Assembly (NCBI GenBank): GCA_002269645.1
Contig: NIVC01001338.1
Span: 124,001-188,000, forward strand
Source: Macrostomum lignano
Lineage: Eukaryota
DNA: 64,000 nt
Direction: 5' to 3'
This document shows positions 47,510-57,618 of the stretch, piece after piece. The notes below the pieces were generated by a model, which worked only from the letters and a program-made list of their open reading frames with translations, searched no databases and was not told the origin of the DNA. The position numbers and the translations under genes are program-made. How positions within the stretch are numbered: position 1 is the stretch's first letter; each line of letters starts with the position of its first letter.

Positions 47510-50500
47510 CAGCCTGTCACCCTGTCTCCTCTAGCCTGTCGTCCTGTGTTCTTTAGTCTGTCACCCTGTTTCCTGTAGCCTGTCACCCTGTCTTCTGTAG
47601 CCTGTCGTCCTGTGTTCTTTAGTCTGTCACCCTGTCTCCTGTAGCCTGTCACCCTGTCTTCTGTAGCCTGTCACCCCTGTCTCCTGTAGCCTGTCGTCCT
47701 GTGTTCTTTAGCCTGTCACCCTGTCTCCTGTAGCCTGTCACCCTGTCTTCTGTAGCCTGTCGTCCTGTGTTCTTTAGTCTGTCACCCTGTCTCCTGTAGC
47801 CTGTCACCCTGTCTTCTGTAGCCTGTCACCCCTGTCTCCTGTAGCCTGTCGTCCTGTGTTCTTTAGCCTGTCACCCTGTCTCCTGTAGCCTGTCACCCTG
47901 TCTTCTGTAGCCTGTCACCCTGTCTCCTGTAGCCTGTCACCCTGTCTCCTGTAGCCTGTCACCCTGTCTCCTGTAGCCTGTCACCCTGTCTTCTGTAGCC
48001 TGTCACCCCTGTCTCCTGTAGCCTGTCGTCCTGTGTTCTTTAGTCTGTCACCCTGTCTCCTGTAGCCTGTCACCCTGTCTTCTGTAGCCTGTCACCCCTG
48101 TCTCCTGTAGCCTGTCGTCCTGTGTTCTTTAGCCTGTCACTCTGTCTTCTGTAGCCTGTCACCCTGTCTCCTCTAGCCTGTCGTCCTGTGTTCTTTAGCC
48201 TGTCACTCTGTCTTCTGTAGCCTGTCACCCCTGTCTCCTGTAGCCTGTCACTCTGTCTCATGTAGCCTGTCACCCCTGTCTCCTGTAGCCTGTCACCCTG
48301 TCTTCTGTAGCCTGTCACCCCTGTCTCCTGTAGCCTGTCGTCCTGTGTTCTTTAGTCTGTCACCCTGTCTCCTGTAGCCTGTCACCCTGTCTTCTGTAGC
48401 CTGTCACCCTGTCTCCTGTAGCCTGTCGTCCTGTGTTCTTTAGTCTGTCACCCTGTCTCCTGTAGCCTGTCACCCTGTCTCCTGTAGCCTGTCACCCTGT
48501 CTCCTCTAGCCTGTCATCCTGTGTTCTGTAGCCTGTCACCCTGTCTCCTGTAGCCTGTCACCCTGTCTTCTGTAGCCTGTCACCCCTGTAGCCTGTCGTC
48601 CTGTGTTCTTTAGCCTGTCACTCTGTCTTCTGTAGCCTGTCACCCTGTCTCCTCCAGCCTGTCGTCCTGTGTTCTTTAGCCTGTCACTCTGTCTTCTCTA
48701 GCCTGTCACCCCTGTCTCCTGTAGCCTGTCACTCTGTCTCATGTAGCCTGTCACCCTGTCTCCTGCAGCCTGTCACCCTTTCTTCTGTAACCTGTCACCC
48801 TGTCTCCTCTAGCCTGTCACCCTGTCTCCTGTAGCCTGTCACCCTGTCTTCTGTAACCTGTCACCCTGTCTCCTGTAGCCTGTCACCCTGTCTTCTGTAG
48901 CCTGTCACCCCTGTCTCCTGTAGACTATCACCCTGTCTCCTGTAGCCTGTCACTCTGTCTTCTCTAGCCTGTCACCCCTGTCTCCTGTAGCCTGTCACCC
49001 CTGTCTCCTGTAGCCTGTCACCCTGTCTCCTCTAGCCTGTCGTCCTGTGTTCTTTAGCCTGTCACCCTGTCTCCTGTAGACTATCACCCTGTCTCCTGTA
49101 GCCTGTCACCCTGTCTCCTCTAGCCTGTCGTCCTGTGTTCTGTAGCCTGTCACCCTGTCTCCTCTAGCCTGTCCCCCTGTCTCCTGTAGCCTGTCACCCC
49201 TGTCTCCTGTAGCCTGTCACCCTGTCTCCTGTAGCCTGTTACCCTGTCTTCTGTAGCCTGTCACCCCTGTCTCCTGTAGCCTGTCACCCTGTCTCATGTA
49301 GCCTGTCACCCTGTCTTCTGTAACTTGTCACCCTGTCTCCTCTAGCCTGTCGTCCTGTGTTCTTTAGCCTGTCACTCTGTCTCCTGTAGCCTGTCACCCC
49401 TGTCTCCTGTAGCCTGTCACCCTGTCTTCTGTAGCCTGTCACCCCTGTCTCCTGTAGCCTGTCACCCTGTCTCATGTAGCCTGTCACCCTTTCTTCTGTA
49501 ACCTGTCACCCTGTCTCCTCTAGCCTGTCACCCTGTCTCCTGTAGCCTGTCACCCTGTCTTCTGTAACCTGTCACCCTGTCTCCTGTAGCCTGTCACCCT
49601 GTCTCCTCTAGTCTGTCACCCTTTTTTCTGTAGCCTGTCACCCTGTCTCCTGTAGCCTGTCACCCTGTCTCCTCTAGTCTGTCACCCTGTTTTCCGTAAC
49701 TTGTCACTCTTTCTTCTGTAGCCTTTCACCCTGTCTCCTGTAGCCTGTCACCCTTTCTTCTGTAGCCTGTCACCCCTGTCTTCTGTAACCTGTCACCCTT
49801 TCTTCTGTAGCCTGTCACCCTGTCTTCTGTAGCCTGTCACCCTTTCTTCTGTAGCCTGTCACACCTCTCTCCTGTAGCCTGTCACCCTGTCTTATGTAGC
49901 CTGTCACCCTGTCTTCTGTAGCCTGTCACCCTGTCTTCTGTAGCCTGTCACCCTGTCTCCTGTAGCCTGTCACCCTGTCTCCTGTAGCCTGTCACCCTGT
50001 CTCCTGTAGCCTGTTACTCTGTCTCCTGTAGCCTGTCACCCTTTTTTCTGTAGCCTGTCACCCCTGTCTTCTGTAGCCTGTCACCCTTTCTTCTGTAGCC
50101 TGTCACTCTTTCTTCTGTAGCCTGTCACCCTGTCTCCTGTAGCTTGTCACCCTTTCTTCTGTAACCTGTCTCCCTGTCTCCTGTCGCCTGTCACCCTTTC
50201 TTCTGTAGCCTGTCACCCTGTCTTCTGTAGCCTGTCACCCTTTCTTCTGTAACCTGTCACCCTGTCTTCTGTAACCTGTCACCCTGTCTTCTGTAGCCTG
50301 TCACCCTTTCTTCTGTAACCTGTCACCCTGTCTTCTGTAACCTGTCACCCTGTCTTCTGTAGCCTGTCACCCTCACCCTGTCTCCTGTAGTCCGGCACCC
50401 TTTCTCCTGTTGTCCGGCACCCTTTCTCCTGTAGTCCGGCACCCTGTTTTCTGTAGCCTGTCACCCTGTCTCTGTAGCCTGTCACCTTCACCCTGTCTCA
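47510..50500. repeat. About 3-kb minisatellite with a unit of about 22 bp (CTGTAGCCTGTCACCCTGTCTC)n
   Basis: Directly visible; a few copies of the same unit lie at 45143-45200. Confidence 0.97.
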
Positions 50501-51039
50501 TGTAGTCCGGCACCCTTTATCCTGTAGCTTTTCACCTCATCTTCTGAAGCCTGCCTCTCTCACCTGCCACCTGGGAAAAACATCCAGCTGATATCCAATG
50601 TCAAGGACAGTTTAATTGGCGCCCACTATGCTTTCAACAGAGCAAGCTCTCAAGTTTCCATATTTAGCTCTCAACCCGAGTATCTTTCTAGTCAATACCT
50701 GCTGAATAAAAAGCCGAAGAAAATCGATATTAGCATCACCTGAGACAGTAAGACCTGTCTGAGCAATGCTAACTTGAGAGTAGCTGGTTTTTTCCACCTT
50801 GACAAGTCCTAAAAACACGTCTGAGTCTGTCTTCCCGTGCTGAATTCTCCCTCACTTTCAAGCCTGTAGGCGGTAAACACCTATTCAACTATGTCTCTCT
50901 CGTGTAGACGGGTCTTCTCAAATAATTGATTTATTTTTAGATTCAAACAGCACGTTTTACAATTCTTTTGCTGTTTGAACTTCCTATACTATTTGGTTAA
51001 TGGCCATAATGCTGCTAGAACTTCAGAAAAGTATATATC

Positions 51040-51795
51040 CAGTTCTATGACTGGGTACTGGCGCCACAATTTAGCATCAGATTGGCGCCACAATACAGCA
51101 TCAGATTGGCGCCAAAATTTAGCATCAGTCATCAGATTGGCGCCACAATACAGCATCAGAATGGCGCCACAATATAGAATCAGATTGGCGCCACAATACA
51201 GCATCAGATTGGCGCCACAACACAGCATCAGATTGGCGCCAAAATACAGCATCAGATTGGCGCCAAAATACAGCATCAGCTTGGCGCCACAATGCAGCAT
51301 CAGATTGGCGCCACAATGCAGCATCAGATTGGCGCCAAAATGTAGCATCAGATTGGCGCCACAATACAGCATCAGATTGGCGCCACAATACAGCATCAGC
51401 TTGGCGCCAAAATGTAGCATCAGATTGGCGCCACAGTGTAGCATCAGATTGGCGCCACAATTTAGCATCAGTCATCAGATTGGCGCCACAATACAGCATC
51501 AGCTTGGCGCCAAAATGTAGCATCAGATTGGCGCCACAGTGTAGCATCAGATTGGCGCCACAATTTAGCATCAGTCATCAGATTGGCGCCACAATACAGC
51601 ATCAGAATGGCGCCACAATATAGAATCAGATTGGCGCCACAATACAGCATCAGATTGGCGCCACAATACAGCATCAGATTGGCGCCACAATACAGCATCA
51701 GATTGGCGCCACAATACAGCAGCAGATTGGCGCCACAATGCAGCATCAGATTGGCGCCACAATGCAGCATCAGATTGGCGCCACAATGCAGCATC
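51040..51795. repeat. 24-bp minisatellite (GCATCAGATTGGCGCCACAATACA)n abutting the GSTO-3 start
   Basis: About 30 copies ending roughly 20 bp before ATG 51818. Confidence 0.97.
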
Positions 51796-51817
51796 AATTC
51801 CAATCCAATGTAAATGC

Positions 51818-53898
51818 ATGCGACTGCCAAGCAGTACCATCCCAGCCTCTCTGCTCCATCGCAGAGCTATAAAGCGATGGTTCAGCAGCGGGGAAGGCGC
51901 CAGTCTAGTTGTCATGGAAACGCGTCACCTAGAAGCCGGGGATCCCGAACCGCCAGAGCTGCCCAGGGGCAGTGAGGTGCTCACCTTGTACTCCATGCTG
52001 TACTGCCCCTACGCACAGCGAACCCGCCTGGTGCTGCAGCACAAGCAGCTGCCGCACCGCATCATCAACGTGAATTTGGTGCGCAAACCCGATTGGTTCC
52101 TGGCCAAGGCTCCGCTGCCCTCCGCCAAGGTGCCAATCATTGAGCTGCCGGGTGACGAGAAACTTCGCTTAGCCGATTCTTTGATCACCTGCGAGTTCTT
52201 GGAGGAGGCTTTTGCTGCTGCGACTTCGAATGGAACTGACGGCGACCTGATGCCTTCGATGGGGACACCTGATGCCCCACGGCTGAGGGCTGCTCAGAGA
52301 CAAACGATTAGCAGAAATGATGCCATGATCTCCGCTTTCTACAGGTGAGGTCTGAGTTGGTTCAGGCTGTGAGCTTCAGTGTGTTCAGGCTGTGAGCTTC
52401 AGTGTGTTCAGGCTGTGAGCTTCAGTGTGTTCAGGCTGTGAGCTTCAGTGTGTTCAGGCTGTGAGCTTCAGTGTGTTCAGGCTGTGAGCTTCAGTGTGTT
52501 CAGGCTGTGAGCTTCAGTGTGTTCAGGCTGTGAGCTTCAGTGTGTTCAGGCTGTGAGCTTCAGTGTGTTCAGGCTGTGAGCTTCAGTGTGTTCAGGCTGT
52601 GAGCTTCAGTGTGTTCAGGCTGTGAGCTTCAGTGTGTTCAGGTGAAACGATTTGTGCTTTTAATAAGATGTATTTTAGGGGTTCAGATACTATACTTCAG
52701 GGGCTCAGATACTACTGTATACCTCAGGGGCTCAGACACTATACCTCAGGGGCTCAGACACTATACTTCAGGGGCTCAGACACTATACTTCAGGGGCTCA
52801 GACACTATACTTCAGGGGCTCAGACACTATACTTCAGGGGCTCAGACACTATACTTCAGGGGCTCAGACACTATACTTCAGGGGCTCAGACACTATACTT
52901 CAGGGACTCAGATACTATACTTCAGGGACTCAGATACTATACTTCAGGGACTCAGATACTATACTTCAGGGACTCAGATACTAAACTTCAGGGACTCAGA
53001 TACTATACTTCAGGGACTCAGATACTATACTTCAGGGACTCAGATACTATACTTCAGGGGCTCAGATACTATACTTCAGGGACTCAGATACTATACTTCA
53101 GGGACTCAGATACTATACTTCAGGGGCTCAGATACTATACTTCAGGGACTCAGATACTATACTTCAGGGACTCAGATACTATACTTCAGGGGCTCAGATA
53201 CTATACTTCAGGGACTCAGATACTATACTTCAGGGACTCAGATACTATACTTCAGGGACTCAGATACTATACTTCAGGGACTCAGATACTATACTTCAGG
53301 GACTCAGATACTATACTTCAGGGACTCAGATACTATACTTCAGGGACTCAGATACTATACTTCAGGGACTCAGATACTATACTTCAGGGGCTCAGATGCT
53401 ATACTTCAGGCGCTCAGATGCTGAGCTTCAGACGAAACCTTTGATGGTTATGTCTTATTGAAAATGCCACTCAGTTGAACCTTCAGTGGCTGCTCAGTGC
53501 GCCAGTAAAATCTGAAGCTGCCACCCCAACCAACCGCTAGGTGGGCTCTAAAGAAGGACGAGCCGGCTGAAGAGCGCGAATTGCTGTGGGACCGCCTGCT
53601 GTGGCAGCTGCGCAACCTGCAGGCCGACCTCCGTGACGGCGGCTTTTTCGGGGGCGCGCGGCCGCAACTGGCGGACTTCATGGTCTGGCCATGGATAGAG
53701 CGACTGCCGCCACTGATGCAGCACTACTGCCTGCCGCCAAGGCTACCGGACAGTCTCGGACACCTGTCCGCCTGGTCTGAGGCCATGTCCGAGACGGAGC
53801 CGGTGCGAGCGACTCGACTGCCCGACTGGGCGCACCTGGCATTCGTGGAGTCGCACTGGAGACGGGAGCCGAGATACGACTTTCTTGAGAATAGATAA
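51818..53898 (+). CDS. GSTO: Glutathione S-transferase omega, copy 3 (294 aa) with a putative mitochondrial presequence
   Basis: Exons 51818-52344 (AG|GTGAGG) and 53541-53898 (GCTAG|G), phase 2, 885 nt. Motifs YSMLYCPYAQRTRLVL, KPDWFL, AKVPII, LADSLITCEFLEE, LADFMVWPWIERL. Confidence 0.93.
52365..53420. repeat. Two intronic minisatellites: 23-bp (GCTGTGAGCTTCAGTGTGTTCAG)n, then 22-bp (CAGATACTATACTTCAGGGACT)n
   Basis: Blocks at 52365-52642 and 52680-53420. Confidence 0.96.
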
Positions 53899-53914
53899 GA
53901 CTGACTGACTCCAA

Positions 53915-53981
53915 CTGTTATTTAGTTAGTTAGTTAGTTAGTTAGTTAGCTAGTTAGTTAGTTAGTTAGTTAGTTAGTTAT

Positions 53982-54020
<39 letters not shown>

Positions 54021-54070
54021 TTTAGTTAGTTAGTTAGTTATTTAGTTAGTTAGTTAGTTAGTTAGTTAGC

Positions 54071-54104
<34 letters not shown>

Positions 54105-54112
54105 TTTAGTTT

Positions 54113-54145
<33 letters not shown>

Positions 54146-54146
54146 C

Positions 54147-54185
<39 letters not shown>

Positions 54186-54186
54186 C

Positions 54187-54220
<34 letters not shown>

Positions 54221-54221
54221 T

Positions 54222-54256
<35 letters not shown>

Positions 54257-54282
54257 TTTAGTTAGTTAGTTAGTTAGTTAGC

Positions 54283-54324
<42 letters not shown>

Positions 54325-54325
54325 T

Positions 54326-54361
<36 letters not shown>

Positions 54362-54450
54362 CTAGTTAGTTAGTTAGTTAGTTAGTCAGTTAGTTAGTTA
54401 GTCAGTTAGTTAGTTATTTAGTTAGTTAGTTAGTCAGTTAGTTAGTTAGC

Positions 54451-54484
<34 letters not shown>

Positions 54485-54485
54485 T

Positions 54486-54525
<40 letters not shown>

Positions 54526-54585
54526 CTAGTTAGTTAGTTAGTTAGTTAGTTAGCTAGTTAGTTAGTTAGTTAGTTAGTTAGTTAT

Positions 54586-54616
<31 letters not shown>

Positions 54617-54657
54617 TTTAGTTAGTTAGTTAGTTAGTAAGTAAGTTAGTTAGTTAT

Positions 54658-54692
<35 letters not shown>

Positions 54693-54693
54693 T

Positions 54694-54728
<35 letters not shown>

Positions 54729-54729
54729 T

Positions 54730-54764
<35 letters not shown>

Positions 54765-54794
54765 TTTAGTTAGTTAGTTAGTTAGTTAGTTAGC

Positions 54795-54840
<46 letters not shown>

Positions 54841-54861
54841 TTTAGTTAGTTAGTTAGTTAT

Positions 54862-54896
<35 letters not shown>

Positions 54897-54897
54897 T

Positions 54898-54928
<31 letters not shown>

Positions 54929-54929
54929 T

Positions 54930-54968
<39 letters not shown>

Positions 54969-55041
54969 TTTAGTTAGTTAGTTAGTTAGTTAGTTAGCTA
55001 GTTAGTTAGTTAGTTAGTTAGTTATTTAGTTAGTTAGTTAT

Positions 55042-55080
<39 letters not shown>

Positions 55081-55500
55081 TTTAGTTAGTTAGTTAGTCA
55101 GTTAGTTAGTTAGCTAGTTAGTTAGTTAGTTAGTTAGTCAGTTAGTTAGTTAGTCAGTTAGTTAGTTATTTAGTTAGTTAGTTAGTCAGTTAGTTAGTTA
55201 GTCAGTTAGTTAGTTAGTTAGTTAGTTAGTCAGTTAGTTAGTTAGTCAGTTAGTTAGTTATTTAGTTAGTTAGTTAGTCAGTTAGTTAGTTAGTCAGTTA
55301 GTTAGTTAGTCAGTTAGTTAGTTAGTCAGTTAGTTAGTTAGCTAGTTAGTTAGTTAGTTAGTTAGTCAGTTAGTTAGTTAGTCAGTTAGTTAGTTATTTA
55401 GTTAGTTAGTTAGTTAGTTAGTCAGTTAGTCAGTTAGTTAGTTAGTTAGTTAGTTAGTCAGTTAGTTAGTTATTTAGTTAGTTAGTTAGTTACATGTAGT
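53915..55500. repeat. (TTAG)n microsatellite, about 1.6 kb
   Basis: Directly visible, with TTAT/CTAG/TCAG variants. Confidence 0.99.
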
Positions 55501-56064
55501 TAGTCATTACCCTCAGAAAAGTAATTGATATTTGAAAAGAAACGTTTAGCGATAAAGATTTTTCCATTGGTGCAAAACTGTTTACTTTTTGATTTTTTGC
55601 AATTTTATTGAGACTTACTTGCAAAATGATTCTTCAAACCAGAACCTTTTTCCTACCTATAGAGTTAGTTTCGTTACATATCGGTAATCAAATTGTGCTC
55701 GATGAAATACAATATTAATTGACTGTTTAGATTTTAGTTACAAATTACTTTTTAGGAAGTGAAAGAAACTATTTTTCTTTATGGCGCCATGAATTCCCTT
55801 CTGGCGCAAATAGCTCCTTTTGGCGCCATTAAAATCATTTTTTGACGCCACTCCTATTTGAAAAAAAAATTCACATTTGCTAACCTCACAGCCATTCTAC
55901 CTATTTTGTCATTTTAACCCATCTTTTTATCATCAAATTCTAATAAACAACGCCAAAATTGCTAATATCGATTTATCAATGCCAAATTTCTACACGCAAG
56001 AAAAAAGATACACATGTCTGCTTGCTTTGTCTATTAGTGTTTTGTTTTTCTGTTTGCCGTATTG

Positions 56065-56530
56065 GTCAGGATGGGAGTGGTCAGCGATTCCCTGATTGGT
56101 CAGGATCGGATTGGTCAGCGATTCCCTGATTGGTCAGGATGGGATTGGCCAGCGATTCCCTGATTGGTCAGGATGGGATTGGCCAGCGATTCCCTGATTG
56201 GTCAGGATGGGAGTGGTCAGCGATTCCCTGATTGGTCAGGATCGGATTGGTCAGCGATTCCCTGATTGGTCAGGATCGGATTGGTCAGCGATTCCCTGAT
56301 TGGTCAGGATGGGATTGGCTAGCGATTCCCTGATTGGTCAGGATGGGATTGGCCAGCGATTCCCTGATTGGTCAGGATGGGAGTGGTCAGCGATTCCCTG
56401 ATTGGTCAGGATCGGATTGGTCAGCGATTCCCTGATTGGTCAGGATGGGATTGGCCAGCGATTCCCTGATTGGTCAGGATGGGATTGGTCAGCGATTCCC
56501 TGATTGGTCAGGATCGGATTGGTCAGCGAA
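56065..56530. repeat. 34-bp minisatellite with two ATTGG (reverse CCAAT) motifs per unit
   Basis: (GATTCCCTGATTGGTCAGGAT[C/G]GGATTGG[T/C]CAGC)n, about 13 copies. Confidence 0.96.
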
Positions 56531-57039
56531 GCAAGCCGATTGCAGATAAAAAAATCGAACAATTTGATACTATGTTTAAAATTTGTTTCTCAAGTGTAAT
56601 ATGATAGTTATTTGATTTATTTTTCGATCAATAATCGAGTTAAGTACACAGAAAATTACGAGAAACGAGAATCTTCACGCTGACAACAGAGTCAAAATAT
56701 TATATAGCTTTTTAAAATTGATAAATATTACTTTTCCTTGTTATGATAATAATAATTTTTGGCTGTACAACAGGGTTAACAAATTAAGTAGAAATTATCA
56801 ATAAGTATTAGTAGGTGTAATAATAAAATTTAGAAAAGAATGTGCAACAAAGGTCTGCACAACACCTATGTGTATTACTTGTACATAAGCATAAAATTTA
56901 TTAATAGTTGTTGCAGAACATTTTGAACTCGTGTTTCTAATTTGATCAACTTTCAAACTATAAAGAGCTGCATGAATGTAAGCAAAGTTTTTTTATTGGG
57001 AATGGCGTTCGCTATGATAAGCATTATTGACACAGAAAG

Positions 57040-57612
57040 TAACTCCCTGACACACAAAAACTAACTCCCTGACACACACAGAGTGACTCCCTGACACACA
57101 CAGTGACTCCCTGACACACACAGTGACTCCCTGACACACACAGTGACTCCCTGACACACACACAGTGACTCCCTGACACACACAGTGACTCCCTGACACA
57201 CACAGTGACTCCCTGACACACACAGTGACTCCCTGACACACACACAGTGACTCCCTGACACACACAGTGACTCCCTGACACACACAGTGACTCCCTGACA
57301 CACACACAGTGACTCCCTGACACACACAGTGACTCCCTGACACACACAGTGACTCCCTGACACACACACAGTGACTCCCTGACACTCACAGAGTGACTCC
57401 CTGACACACACAGTGACTCCCTGACACACACAGTGACTCCCTGACACACACACAGTGACTCCCTGACACACACAGTGACTCCCTGACACACACACAGTGA
57501 CTCCCTGACACACACAGAGTGACTCCCTGACACACACAGAGTGACTCCCTGACACACACACAGTGACTCCCTGACACACACAGAGTGACTCCCTGACACA
57601 CACAGAGTGACT
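57040..57612. repeat. 20-22-bp minisatellite (GTGACTCCCTGACACACACA)n directly after the GPCR stop codon
   Basis: Begins within about 10 nt of TGA 57619 on the minus strand. Confidence 0.96.
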
Positions 57613-57618
57613 CCAGAA

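Noticed and set aside
50612-50818. 68-aa minus-strand ORF between GSTO-2 and GSTO-3
   Set aside because: Non-ATG start, no motif, no supporting neighbouring exons.
53915-55500. Interstitial telomere
   Set aside because: The unit is TTAG, not TTAGGG or TTAGG; it is an ordinary tetranucleotide satellite.
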